NCBI RefSeq assembly: GCF_027924605.1
Contig: NZ_AP027042.1
Span: forward strand, 409,524 to 473,523
Source of the DNA: Dyella sp. GSA-30
GTDB taxonomy: Bacteria > Pseudomonadota > Gammaproteobacteria > Xanthomonadales > Rhodanobacteraceae
DNA length: 64,000 nucleotides
Direction: 5' to 3'
Positions within the stretch are counted from its first letter, which is position 1. Each line of letters begins with the position of its first letter. A program made the translations under genes and the position numbers. This document shows positions 7,905-17,800 of this stretch, piece after piece. Below the pieces are notes generated by a model. The model was not told the origin of the DNA and ran no database searches. It saw only the letters and a list, made by a program, of their open reading frames with translations.

Positions 7905-10450
7905 GCGTCGCTACGCACCGCGCTCTTCTTGGCCGCGGCCTTCTTGGTGGACGTTTTCTTGGCAGCTGTTTTCTTGCTTGCCGCGCTCTTGGAAGCCGTC
8001 TTCTTGGCAGCCGTTTTCTTGACTGTGGCCTTCTTGGCCGCCGGCTCCTTGGCCACCGCTTTCTTGGCTGCGGCTTTCTTTGCCGGCGCCTTCTTGGCCG
8101 CCTTCTTGGTGGCACCACGGCCCTTCTTTACCGGCGCCGCAGCGAGCAATTCGATGCATTGCGCTTCGGTCAGGTCCTTGGGCTCCTGATCCTTCGGTAT
8201 GCGTGCGTTCTTTTCGCCGTCGGTGATGTAGGGGCCGTACCGACCATTGAGCACCTGTACGCCGTTGCCGAAATCCTTGATCACGCGGTTGGCGAGCATC
8301 TCCAGCTTTTCCTGCACGATCTGCAGCGCGCGCGGCAATTCGATGGTGTACGGATCGTCCTCGACTTTCAGCGAGGCATACGTGTTGCCCTGCTTTACGA
8401 AGGGTCCGAAACGGCCCACGCCCACGCTTACTTCATCGCCATTCTCGGCCTGCCCCAGCTTACGCGGCAGCTTGAACAGCTCGATCGCCTCTTCCAGCGA
8501 AATCGTGTGCATGCTCTGGCCGGGACGCAGGCTGGCGAACTGCAGCTTTTCGTCGGTGTCCTTGTCGCCGATCTGCGCATACGGTCCGTAGCGGCCCAGA
8601 CGCACCGACACCGGCTTGCCGCTCTTGGGATCGTTGCCCAGCTCGCGCGCACCCGTAGCTTCGCTGCGATCGACCGACTCGGTCTTCTCGTCGACCTGCT
8701 GCTTGAACGGCTGCCAGAAGCGCTCCATCAGCGGCACCCAGGCTTCTTCGCCGCGACTTACCGCATCGAGCTCGTCTTCCAGGCGCGCGGTGAATTCGTA
8801 ATCGACGTACTGGGTGAAATGCTGAGTCAGGAACTTGCCGACCGCGCGACCCACATCGCTGGGCTTGAAGCGACGGCTGTCCAGGAACACGTACTCGCGA
8901 TTGAGCAGCACCTGGATGATGTTGGCGTAGGTCGACGGACGGCCGATGCCGTATTCCTCCAGCGCCTTGACCAGGCTCGCTTCGGAATAGCGCGGCGGCG
9001 GCTCGGTGAAATGCTGGTCGGCCAGGATGTCCTGCACCGCAATCTTTTCGCCCACCTTCAGCTTGGGCAGACGACGGCCTTCGTCTTCGTCCTCGGCGCT
9101 CTTCTGGTCGCGCCCTTCCTCGTACACGGCAAGGAAGCCCGGATCGATCACGGTCGTACCGGTGGAGCGGAACGAGGCGTCTTTTCCGGCGACGTTGGCG
9201 AGTGCGAACTCCACCGACACCGTGTTCAAGGTGGCATGGATCATCTGGCAGGCGACGGTGCGCTTCCAGATCAGTTCGTACAGCTTGCGCTGGTCGTCGT
9301 TCAAGAACGAAGACACCTCGCGCGGCGTGCGCATGGCCGAGGTCGGGCGAATGGCTTCATGCGCTTCCTGCGCGTTCTTGGACTTGGTCTTGTAGACCTG
9401 CACACCGTCTGGCAAGGCCTTGTTACCGAAGTCGCGCGCGATCAGCTGGCGCAGCTCGCCGGTCGCGTCGTCCGACAAGGCAGTGGAGTCGGTACGCATG
9501 TAGGTGATCAGACCGACATTGCCTTCGCTGCCGATCGACACGCCTTCGTACAGGCCCTGCGCGATCTTCATCGTGCGGCTGGTGGAGAAACCGAGCTTGC
9601 GCGCGGCTTCCTGTTGCAGCGTCGAGGTGGTGAACGGCGGCGCGGGACGGCGCTTGCGTTCCTTCGAGCCGATGTCGCTGACCGTCAGGTGGCCGGCGGC
9701 GGCCTGCTTCAACGCGTCGCGCGCGGCCAGCGCGTCGGCTTCGTTGGTCAGGTCGAACTGTTCGAATTTCTTGCCGTACAGCTTGGTCAGTTTGGCACTG
9801 AAATCGCCATCGGGATGGCGCAGACCGGCCTCGATGGTCCAGTACTCGCGCGCAATGAACGCTTCGATCTCTTCCTCGCGCTCGACGATCATGCGCAGCG
9901 CCGGGCTCTGCACGCGGCCGGCGGAGAGGCCGCGTTGCACCTTGCGCCACAACACCGGCGACAGGTTGAAGCCGACCAGGTAGTCGAGCGCACGACGCGC
10001 TTGCTGCGCATCGACCATGTCGTGCGACAGCTGGCGCGGCTGGGCCACGGCGGCCTTGATCGCCTTCGGGGTGATTTCGGAGAACACCACCCGATGCAGG
10101 TGCTTGCCCTTGGTCAGGCCGCGCTCTTTGAGGATCTCGCTGATATGCCAGGAGATCGCCTCGCCTTCGCGATCCAAGTCGGTCGCCAGATAGATGTCGT
10201 CGGCCAGCTTGGCGGCCTTGGCGATGGCGTCGACGTGTTTCTCGTTGCGCTCGATCACCTCGTAGGCCATGGCGAAGCCGTTGTCGGTGTCGACGGCGCC
10301 CTCCTTGGGTTTCAGGTCACGCACGTGACCGTAGGAGGCCAGGACCTGAAAGTCCTTGCCGAGATATTTGTTGATCGTCTTGGCCTTGGCGGGCGACTCG
10401 ACGATAAGCAGGTTTTTCGCCATGTAACGGGTTTTCCGGAAACGGGCCAC
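7901..10450 (-). CDS. topA: DNA topoisomerase I with Lys/Ala-rich C-terminal tail
   Basis: TOPRIM (LLIVESPAKAKTI), catalytic tyrosine region, Zn-ribbon repeats; last ~110 aa are (A/K)-rich (KKAAKKAPAKKAAAKK...) encoded by tandem cttcttggc-type DNA repeats at 7915-8110. Probable true start MAKNLLIV at 10423. Confidence 0.92.
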   Translation of the reverse strand: MARFRKTRYMAKNLLIVESPAKAKTINKYLGKDFQVLASYGHVRDLKPKEGAVDTDNGFAMAYEVIERNEKHVDAIAKAAKLADDIYLATDLDREGEAISWHISEILKERGLTKGKHLHRVVFSEITPKAIKAAVAQPRQLSHDMVDAQQARRALDYLVGFNLSPVLWRKVQRGLSAGRVQSPALRMIVEREEEIEAFIAREYWTIEAGLRHPDGDFSAKLTKLYGKKFEQFDLTNEADALAARDALKQAAAGHLTVSDIGSKERKRRPAPPFTTSTLQQEAARKLGFSTSRTMKIAQGLYEGVSIGSEGNVGLITYMRTDSTALSDDATGELRQLIARDFGNKALPDGVQVYKTKSKNAQEAHEAIRPTSAMRTPREVSSFLNDDQRKLYELIWKRTVACQMIHATLNTVSVEFALANVAGKDASFRSTGTTVIDPGFLAVYEEGRDQKSAEDEDEGRRLPKLKVGEKIAVQDILADQHFTEPPPRYSEASLVKALEEYGIGRPSTYANIIQVLLNREYVFLDSRRFKPSDVGRAVGKFLTQHFTQYVDYEFTARLEDELDAVSRGEEAWVPLMERFWQPFKQQVDEKTESVDRSEATGARELGNDPKSGKPVSVRLGRYGPYAQIGDKDTDEKLQFASLRPGQSMHTISLEEAIELFKLPRKLGQAENGDEVSVGVGRFGPFVKQGNTYASLKVEDDPYTIELPRALQIVQEKLEMLANRVIKDFGNGVQVLNGRYGPYITDGEKNARIPKDQEPKDLTEAQCIELLAAAPVKKGRGATKKAAKKAPAKKAAAKKAVAKEPAAKKATVKKTAAKKTASKSAASKKTAAKKTSTKKAAAKKSAVRSDA

Positions 10451-10545
10451 CGCCGTCCTGGACGGCGGGCTCTATATCTAGTGAGACCACGTCCGCTCGA
10501 TGGCTGTCAAGCTGGATCGTGTGAAACCCCGGTAGGCGGTCACAT

Positions 10546-11709
10546 TCAGCCAGCCTCGGGTAACCGCTGAAAGCGGTTACCGGCAAGGCTTTCGACCAAA
10601 CCTTCCAGTTCGAGCATCAGCAACATGGATGACAGGGCGCTGGCGCTCTGTCCCGTGCGTCCGACCAGATCGTCCATGTCTGTCGGGTCGTACCCCAGCG
10701 CCTGCAGCAGCGCGCCGTAAGCCGGGTCGCCCCGCCAGCCGCTGACTACCACAGGTGAGCTGCCAGCTCGCTCCAGCCGTTCGTTCAGCTCCAGACCCAG
10801 CGCGCGGGCGGCTGGAGTCAGTATCTGAGTCACCTCGGTGGGCGTCTCAACCAGGCGTGCGCCATCGCGGATCAGCTTGTGGCAGCCTCGGGCGAGCGGA
10901 TTATGAATGGAACCGGGGACGGCGAATACCTCCCGGGCCTGCTCGGCTGCCAGTCGGGCGGTAATCAGCGATCCCGAGCACAGGTCGGCTTCGATCACCA
11001 ACGTGCCCAGCGAAAGCCCTGAAATGATGCGATTTCGTTGCGGGAAGTGCTCCGCCCGGGCGCTGGTACCGAGCGGAAACTCGCTCACGACAGCCCCTTG
11101 TGCGGCGATTTGGCACGCCAGCTCCCGGTGCTTTCGAGGATAGACCACGTCCAGGCCCGTACCGACGACCGCTACGGTCGGCAGATCGGCCGCCAGCGCC
11201 GCCGCATGGGCCGCGCCATCGACGCCGTCGGCCATGCCGCTGGTGATCACGAACCCGGCGCTACCGAGCGTCTGAGCGAAACGGCGTGCCGTGGCCAGAC
11301 CGGCCGAGGTGGCGTTGCGCGACCCGACAATGGCCACCTGCGGATGCAGCAGCAGTTCGACGCGCCCTGCCACGAACAGTGCCGCCGGCGGCTTGTCGAT
11401 GGTTTCCAGTTGCGGCGGAAAGTCCGCGTCGTCACAGCACAGCAAGCGATGGCCGGGCTCCGCCAGCCAGGCGCGATCGGACGCCAGCAAGGACGTATCG
11501 GGCTGCCGCAGCCAGGCTCGTGCCCGTGCGGCACCACGACCGCTCGCTTGCTGCTTCGCCTGCGCGAGCGCCGCCTGGATATCGCCACCGGCCGCCGTCA
11601 GCCATTCGCGTACAGCGGCCTGCCCGAAGCCCGGTGTACGCAGCAAAGTCAGCCATGCATCGATGTTGTCGCCCATCGCTGCAGTGTATGGGCGCCGCCC
11701 AAAAGACAA
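10546..11709 (-). CDS. dprA: DNA processing protein DprA/Smf
   Basis: Rossmann-like DprA core (GMADGVDGAAHAAAL...VAVVGTGLDVVYPRKH); possible downstream start MGDNIDAWLTLL (11676). Confidence 0.8.
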   Translation of the reverse strand: MSFGRRPYTAAMGDNIDAWLTLLRTPGFGQAAVREWLTAAGGDIQAALAQAKQQASGRGAARARAWLRQPDTSLLASDRAWLAEPGHRLLCCDDADFPPQLETIDKPPAALFVAGRVELLLHPQVAIVGSRNATSAGLATARRFAQTLGSAGFVITSGMADGVDGAAHAAALAADLPTVAVVGTGLDVVYPRKHRELACQIAAQGAVVSEFPLGTSARAEHFPQRNRIISGLSLGTLVIEADLCSGSLITARLAAEQAREVFAVPGSIHNPLARGCHKLIRDGARLVETPTEVTQILTPAARALGLELNERLERAGSSPVVVSGWRGDPAYGALLQALGYDPTDMDDLVGRTGQSASALSSMLLMLELEGLVESLAGNRFQRLPEAG

Positions 11710-11754
11710 CGGCGCGGGATGACCGCGCCGTTGTGTCGGAACAGACCGAAATCG

Positions 11755-12897
11755 TTATTGCGGCGCGACGAGGTGGTCGCGGATATGCACCGGCCGCAGC
11801 CCGTCCATGATCAGGCCGTAGCTGACGCGGTCGAACGTGCGGAACACCATCACGTGGCCGACGAACTCTTCCGGCAGGTCGACGCGATGGCCGGTACCAC
11901 GGTCCCAGCTGTCGCTGCGCACGTCGTCGGCAATCGTTTCGCCCGGCTGGAAGATCGAGAAAGTCTGGCCGTTTTCCACGCCGTCCTTCGCACCGATCGA
12001 CAAGGCCACGACCTGCGTCGGACCGGCGGCGTCGAGTGCATCGGCGCCGGAGAAGGCCAGGACGTGGGCGTTTTCAGGCACCGACTTGGGTGCATGCGGG
12101 TAGTAGTAGGCGTCGTACGGCTTGTCGTCGACCGGCATCAGGCGATCGCCCTTGCGGATTTCCTCGGTCGAGTTGAGCAGCAGCACGGTATCGGCATCGT
12201 GGCCCTTGCGCAGCACCTCGACTTCGCCGATCACGCTGACTTCGACACCCAGGTCCTTGCCGCGGCCGTAGTGGCCATCGTTGCGGAAGTCCTCGTGCCA
12301 CGGGCCCTTGAACATGCTGACATCGCTGTCGATCACGTGGCTGACCATGTCGTCATCGTGGTTGTCGACCTTCTTGTCGGAACCGAAGTCGCGATAGACG
12401 TGGGTCGGACGCACGACCGCCCAATGCTGGCCGGGCTCGCTGTTGAGCTTGCGCACGTAGATGTTCTGGCCGACGGTGCCACGCAGGCGGGCTTCTTCGA
12501 AGCCGACCACGTAAGGCGCATCGTTGACCGCGTTGGAATCCATCACGCGCATGTCTTTCAGGAACGTCTGCAGCTGCGACAGCGGGATCGCCGGTACGGC
12601 GTCCTGCTCGGTGCGCACGCGCGGCTGAAGACTCAGACGCGGGCCATTGTTCATGAAGGACAGATTGAGCACGTCACCCGGGTAGATCAGGTGCGGGTTC
12701 TGAACCTGCGGATTGGCTTGCCAGATCTCCGGCCAGAGCCAGGGCTTGGACAGGAAGCGAGCGGAAATGGCCCACAGCGTGTCGCCACGGCGCACCGTAT
12801 AGGTGTCCGGGTGATCGGCACGCAACTGCGCCCCCGCAGCGTACACGGCTACCGTGACCAGCATGCCGGCCAGCAGCCCAACGGACTTTCTTATCAT
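11755..12897 (-). CDS. LysM peptidoglycan-binding domain protein (secreted)
   Basis: Start chosen at MIRKSVGLLAGMLVTVAVYAAGA (signal/TM) followed by LysM (YTVRRGDTLWAISARF). Six-frame ORF extends to 12993 in the same frame. Confidence 0.65.
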   Translation of the reverse strand: MIRKSVGLLAGMLVTVAVYAAGAQLRADHPDTYTVRRGDTLWAISARFLSKPWLWPEIWQANPQVQNPHLIYPGDVLNLSFMNNGPRLSLQPRVRTEQDAVPAIPLSQLQTFLKDMRVMDSNAVNDAPYVVGFEEARLRGTVGQNIYVRKLNSEPGQHWAVVRPTHVYRDFGSDKKVDNHDDDMVSHVIDSDVSMFKGPWHEDFRNDGHYGRGKDLGVEVSVIGEVEVLRKGHDADTVLLLNSTEEIRKGDRLMPVDDKPYDAYYYPHAPKSVPENAHVLAFSGADALDAAGPTQVVALSIGAKDGVENGQTFSIFQPGETIADDVRSDSWDRGTGHRVDLPEEFVGHVMVFRTFDRVSYGLIMDGLRPVHIRDHLVAPQ

Positions 12898-13086
12898 AAA
12901 CGGGAATCCCCCATCCCCCGATGCTCGGGCGAGTGTAACCGAACAACTTATGTCCGCAACTGGCACCAGTTGGCAAAATGGTCTGCCAGCCACGGGGTTA
13001 TGGCCTTACAATGAGGCACATTCTAGATCGCGCGCAGGCTTGGTTTTCACCAATTCGCCCGCATTTTTGCGCGCAAAGGTGACCTT

Positions 13087-13596
13087 ATGACGACGCTGAC
13101 CATCCTTGAATTCCCCGACCCGCGGCTGCGCACCGTCGCCACGCCGGTCACCGTGTTCGACGCCGAGCTCAAGCAGTTCGTGGCCGACATGTTCGAAACC
13201 ATGTACGCCGCCAACGGCGTGGGCCTGGCCGCTACCCAGGTCAACGTGCACCAGCGCGTGCTGGTGGCCGACATGAGCGACGACCGCAACGAGCCCATGG
13301 TACTGATCAACCCGGAAATCCTGGAAAAGGACGGCTCGCAGGTCTATCAGGAGGGCTGCCTGTCGTTCCCCGGCATCTATGCCGACGTGACCCGCGCGCT
13401 CAAGGTCAAGGTCAAGGCCAACGATGTCGACGGCAAAGAGGTGGTCATCGAGGTCGAAGGCCCGCTGGCCGTGTGCATCCAGCACGAAATGGACCATCTG
13501 GCCGGCAAGGTCTTCGTCGACTATCTCTCGCCGCTGAAGCGCTCGATGCTGCTCAAGCGGATGGACAAGCAGCGCAAGCAGGCAGCCAGCGCTTGA
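13087..13596 (+). CDS. def: Peptide deformylase
   Basis: [21 protein letters not shown] motifs; 169 aa. Confidence 0.93.
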   Translation: MTTLTILEFPDPRLRTVATPVTVFDAELKQFVADMFETMYAANGVGLAATQVNVHQRVLVADMSDDRNEPMVLINPEILEKDGSQVYQEGCLSFPGIYADVTRALKVKVKANDVDGKEVVIEVEGPLAVCIQHEMDHLAGKVFVDYLSPLKRSMLLKRMDKQRKQAASA

Positions 13597-14519
13597 GGCT
13601 CGTTTTCGCTGGCACCCCCGAATTCTCCGTCCCCTGCCTTGAAGCCTGCCGCGCCAGCGGCGCCGACGTGGTGGCCGTCTACACCCAGCCGGACCGCCCG
13701 GCCGGCCGCGGCCGCAAGCTGACGCCCAGCCCGGTCAAAGAGGCCGCGCTGGCCGCCGGCATTCCGGTCGAGCAGCCCGAGTCGCTCAAATCCGCCGAGG
13801 TCCAGCAGACGCTGGCCGCCTATCGCGCTGATCTGATGGTGGTGGTGGCCTACGGCCTGATCCTGCCGCGCAAGGTTTTGGCCCTGCCGCGCCTGGGTTG
13901 CTGGAACGTGCACGCCAGCCTGCTGCCGCGCTGGCGTGGCGCCGCGCCGATCCAGCGCGCGATTCTTGCCGGCGACAGCGAAAGCGGCGTCGGCCTGATG
14001 CAGATGGAAGCCGGCCTCGACACCGGTCCCGTGCTGCTGGAGCGGCGCACGCCGATCGAGCGCCAGGACACCGGCGGCAGCCTGCATGATCGGCTTTCCA
14101 CGTTGGGCGCTGACGTGCTGGCCGAAGGCCTGCGGCGTGTCATCGCCGGCGAAGCGCTGGTCGCTCGTGCGCAACCCGACGAAGGCGTGACCTACGCGCA
14201 CAAGCTGGACAAGGCCGAGGCCCGGCTCGATTTCAGCCGCACCGCGCAGGAGCTCGAATATCAGGTCCGCGCCTTCGACCCCTGGCCGGTGGCCGAGGGC
14301 GAGATGGCCGGCGAGACGTTGCGCATCTGGTCGGCGCACGCCGTGGAGCAGGCGCATGACGCCATGCCCGGTACCGTGGTCGCTGCCGGTCGCGAAGGCA
14401 TCGACATCGCGTGCGGCCAGAACATCCTGCGTGTCACTGCCGTGCAGCGTGCCGGCGGCAAGCGTATTACTGCCACCGACTATCTCAATGCGCGGCCCGA
14501 ACTGCGCGGGACACGATGA
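13593..14519 (+). CDS. fmt: Methionyl-tRNA formyltransferase
   Basis: TTG start overlapping def stop (gcTTGAgg); [13 protein letters not shown]..., formyltransferase N and C domains. Confidence 0.85.
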   Translation: MRLVFAGTPEFSVPCLEACRASGADVVAVYTQPDRPAGRGRKLTPSPVKEAALAAGIPVEQPESLKSAEVQQTLAAYRADLMVVVAYGLILPRKVLALPRLGCWNVHASLLPRWRGAAPIQRAILAGDSESGVGLMQMEAGLDTGPVLLERRTPIERQDTGGSLHDRLSTLGADVLAEGLRRVIAGEALVARAQPDEGVTYAHKLDKAEARLDFSRTAQELEYQVRAFDPWPVAEGEMAGETLRIWSAHAVEQAHDAMPGTVVAAGREGIDIACGQNILRVTAVQRAGGKRITATDYLNARPELRGTR

Positions 14520-15811
14520 ACGACACACGCGCTCTTGCCGCCCAGGCGCTGGCCGATGTCGCCTTGCGCGGCGTCTCGCTGCGCGAAGTGATGGAACGCC
14601 AGGCGCCACGCCTGCCCGATTCGCGCGACCGCGCCCTGCTGATGGCGCTGGTGAGCGACGGCGCGCGCTGGTGGCTGCGTTTCGACGCGGCGCTCGATCG
14701 CCTGCTGGAGCGTTCGCTGCGCGAGAAAGAACCGCGCATCCACGCCCTGCTCGTGTTGGGGCTGGTGCAGCTGGAAATTCTGCAATTGCCGGCTTACGCC
14801 GCCGTTGCCGCCACCGTGCAAGCTGCCCGCGAGCTCAAGCGCCCGCAGCTGGCCGGCCTGGTCAATGCCGTATTGCGCCGCTGGCAGCGCGAACGCGAGC
14901 AACATCTGGCCGCACTCGATGCCCAGCCGCGCACGCGCCATGCGCATCCGGCGTGGCTTGCCAAGGCGATCGTCAACGACTGGCCGGACCAGGCCGACGC
15001 CGTCATGGCTGCCGACAACCGCGAGCCGCCGCTGATGCTTCGCGTCAACGCACGCCGCGCCACGCGCGATGCATTGATCGAACGCCTCCAGGCCGCCGGC
15101 TACGAAGCCCAAGCACACGATTGGCTGCGTGACGGCATCGTGCTGCCGCACAGCAGCGATGTGACGCGTATGCCGGGCTTTACCGAAGGCCTGTTTGCCG
15201 TACAAGACGGCTCGGCGCAAGTTGCCGCCGATCTGCTGGATGCGCGGAACGGCCAGCGCGTGCTCGATGCCTGCGCAGCACCGGGCGGCAAGGCCTGCCA
15301 TGTGCTCGAACGTGCCGATGTCACGCTGACCGCGTTGGAGTTCGACGCGCATCGCGCCGAACGCATCACGCAGAACCTGGATCGCCTCGGCCTTTCCGCC
15401 CAGCTGGTCATCGGTGACGCCGGCAAGCCGGATGCGTGGTGGGACGGCCAGCCTTATGACCGCATCCTGATCGATGCGCCGTGCTCGGCGACTGGCGTGT
15501 TGCGCCGCCGGCCCGATGTACGGCTGCATCGTCGCGATACCGATATCGCTGCGTTGACCGCCCAGCAGCGGCGGATTCTCGATGGGTTGTGGCCGACGCT
15601 CGCCGTCGGTGGGCGATTGGTCTATGTCACCTGCTCGCTGTTGCGGGCGGAGAACGAAGCGGTGATCGAGGCGTGGCTCGGCGCACAGAAAGATGCGCAT
15701 GTGGTGGCGTTCGAGTTACCGGTCGGGCAGCGGGCCGCGATCGGTTGGCAGGTGTTGGCGGGTGATGGCGATCTTGATGGGATGTATTACGCGGCGATCG
15801 AGAAGCGCTAG
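14516..15811 (+). CDS. rsmB: 16S rRNA (cytosine967-C5)-methyltransferase RsmB
   Basis: ATG overlaps fmt stop (ATGA); NusB-like N-domain plus SAM MTase ([15 protein letters not shown]). Confidence 0.85.
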   Translation: MNDTRALAAQALADVALRGVSLREVMERQAPRLPDSRDRALLMALVSDGARWWLRFDAALDRLLERSLREKEPRIHALLVLGLVQLEILQLPAYAAVAATVQAARELKRPQLAGLVNAVLRRWQREREQHLAALDAQPRTRHAHPAWLAKAIVNDWPDQADAVMAADNREPPLMLRVNARRATRDALIERLQAAGYEAQAHDWLRDGIVLPHSSDVTRMPGFTEGLFAVQDGSAQVAADLLDARNGQRVLDACAAPGGKACHVLERADVTLTALEFDAHRAERITQNLDRLGLSAQLVIGDAGKPDAWWDGQPYDRILIDAPCSATGVLRRRPDVRLHRRDTDIAALTAQQRRILDGLWPTLAVGGRLVYVTCSLLRAENEAVIEAWLGAQKDAHVVAFELPVGQRAAIGWQVLAGDGDLDGMYYAAIEKR

Positions 15812-15841
15812 GCCTCGACTCGAAAACCTCAGTTTTTCCTA

Positions 15842-15951
15842 TCGTCATCCCGGCGCAGGCCGGGATCTACTCCTCAGTCTTCGCCTGTCAGGAAACATAT
15901 GGCAAGCATCCGCGCTTGAGGAGTGGATTCCGGCCTTCGCCGGAATGACGA
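15842..15951. mobile_element. MITE-B: ~110-bp element with ~25-bp terminal inverted repeats
   Basis: TIRs tcgtcatcccggcgcaggccgggatc ... gattccggccttcgccggaatgacga (reverse complements); each TIR itself a stem-loop. Confidence 0.7.
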
Positions 15952-16063
15952 GTAGGAGGTGGTTTTAGGGGCTCCCTGAAGTTGCTCAGCCCTAAGCCTC
16001 CACAAAGAGCTCCCCAGGCGCCTCCATGTACTATGCCGGCCTGAGACTCTCACGATCTTTCGC

Positions 16064-17800
16064 ATGTACTCATCCACGCCAGCCACCTCCAACGATCGCC
16101 GCACCTTCTGGCTGATGCTGCTGTTCGCCATCGTCGTGATCGGTGCCGGAATCGGCTTGCGCGATCCCTGGCCGTCGGACGAACCGCGCTTCACGCTGGT
16201 CGCCAAGCACATGGTCGAGAGCGGCGACTGGCTGTTCCCGCATCGCGGCTCGGAGCTCTACTCCGACAAACCGCCGATGCTGATGTGGCTGGAAGCGGCC
16301 AGCTACCTGGTCGTGCGCAGCTGGCGTGTCGCCTTCCTGCTGCCGTCCCTGCTCGCCGCGCTGGGCAGCATGCTGCTGATCTACGACCTGGGTCGCCGTC
16401 TGTGGAACCGTCGCGTCGGCATGTATGCCGGCATGGCGCTGCTGATGTGTTTCCAGCTTGTCTACCAAGTCAAACGCGCGCAGATCGACCCCCTGGTGGT
16501 GTTCTTTATCACCGCGGCGAACTACGGCCTGCTGCGGCACATGCTGCTGGGACCGAACTGGCGCATGTACTGGTTCGGTTGTTTCTGCGCAGGGCTGGGC
16601 GTCATCACCAAGGGCGTCGGCGTGATCGCGCTACTCATGCTGATTCCCTATGCAGTGGCCGCGCGCTGGCGCTGGAGCGGCATGCCCGCGATGGGACCCG
16701 GCGCATGGTGGCGCTGGCTGCTCGGCCTGCTCGCGGTGTTGATTGCCATCGCGTTATGGCTGGTACCCATGCTGGTGACCGCGTACACGCGCGGCGGAGC
16801 CAATCCGGAGTATCTGGCGTACGTCAACGACATCCTGTTCCGCCAGACCGCGGGCCGCTATGCACATGCCTGGCATCACGTGCATTCGCCGGTCTATTAC
16901 ATCCCGATCCTGCTCTTGAGCTGGCTGCCTTTGTCGCTGACCTACCCCGGTACATGGCCGCGCTGGTGGCGCGCGCTCAAAGCCAAAGACGCGCGCATTC
17001 TGCTGCCGCTGGGATGGATCGTCTTGATGCTGCTGTTCTTCAGCGCATCGCCGGGCAAGCGCGACGTCTATATTCTTCCCGCTGTGCCGATGCTCGCGCT
17101 GATTACCGCGCCGTATCTAGACGAACTGCTGGCAACACGTTGGCTGCGCAGCCTGGGCTTGGCGTTTATCGGCCTGCTTGGCGCCGCCATGCTGCTGCTC
17201 GGCATCTACGCGCTGGCGGCGCACCCCAAGTTTGCGGTCGCCCTTGCGACATCGCGCGGTTTCGACGAAGGCGAAAATTCACTGTGGTGGATGTGCATCA
17301 CCATCGGCGTGCTGCAGCTGTTGCTAGTGGCGATCTTCCGGCTCAAGCGTGCCGTCTGGGCCGTGATCGGCGGTGTTGCCGTACTGTGGCTGGTGTGGGG
17401 TTTCTGGGCGTCGCCGCTGCTCAACGATTCGAGTTCGTCCGCCGGCCTGATGCGCGATGTACGCAGCAAGCTCGGCCCGCAAGATGAGATCGGCCTGGTC
17501 GACTGGACCGAGCAGAACCTGCTGATGCTCGAACGCCCCGCCGTCGATTTCGGATTCAAGCAACCCACGCGCAAGCAATACAGCGCTGGTGTGCAGTGGC
17601 AGGCGCAGGCGCCGGCGACGCGCTGGCTGTTCGCGCAGGACGGCGCACTGGGCGACTGCGTGCTGCGCGACAAGGCGATCGATCTGGGCCACGCCAACCG
17701 TCGCCAGTGGTGGCTGTTCAAGGCCGACGCCGTGGTGCCGGGCTGCGTGCCGAGCCAGGACGATAATCTGCAGGTAGACCCGGACAATGCCGAGCAATAA
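16064..17800 (+). CDS. Glycosyltransferase family 39 (ArnT/PMT_2-like undecaprenyl-phosphate-sugar dependent transferase)
   Basis: 578 aa polytopic protein, N-terminal DPWPSDEPRF / YSDKPPMLMWL motifs typical of ArnT-like GT-C enzymes. Confidence 0.7.
   Translation: MYSSTPATSNDRRTFWLMLLFAIVVIGAGIGLRDPWPSDEPRFTLVAKHMVESGDWLFPHRGSELYSDKPPMLMWLEAASYLVVRSWRVAFLLPSLLAALGSMLLIYDLGRRLWNRRVGMYAGMALLMCFQLVYQVKRAQIDPLVVFFITAANYGLLRHMLLGPNWRMYWFGCFCAGLGVITKGVGVIALLMLIPYAVAARWRWSGMPAMGPGAWWRWLLGLLAVLIAIALWLVPMLVTAYTRGGANPEYLAYVNDILFRQTAGRYAHAWHHVHSPVYYIPILLLSWLPLSLTYPGTWPRWWRALKAKDARILLPLGWIVLMLLFFSASPGKRDVYILPAVPMLALITAPYLDELLATRWLRSLGLAFIGLLGAAMLLLGIYALAAHPKFAVALATSRGFDEGENSLWWMCITIGVLQLLLVAIFRLKRAVWAVIGGVAVLWLVWGFWASPLLNDSSSSAGLMRDVRSKLGPQDEIGLVDWTEQNLLMLERPAVDFGFKQPTRKQYSAGVQWQAQAPATRWLFAQDGALGDCVLRDKAIDLGHANRRQWWLFKADAVVPGCVPSQDDNLQVDPDNAEQ

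Noticed and set aside
7915-8110. Tandem DNA repeats resembling a short array or minisatellite
   Set aside because: In-frame within topA coding for the KKAA tail; not CRISPR (no spacer/repeat regularity, no cas genes).
7895-10570. 891-aa ORF on + strand
   Set aside because: Entirely antisense to topA, which has unmistakable topoisomerase motifs; long stop-free antisense frames are expected at ~65% GC.
11038-13014. 658-aa ORF on + strand
   Set aside because: Antisense to dprA and the LysM gene; low-complexity Arg/Ala-rich translation typical of GC-rich antisense frames.
13521-15700. 362-aa and 406-aa ORFs on - strand
   Set aside because: Antisense to fmt and rsmB respectively.
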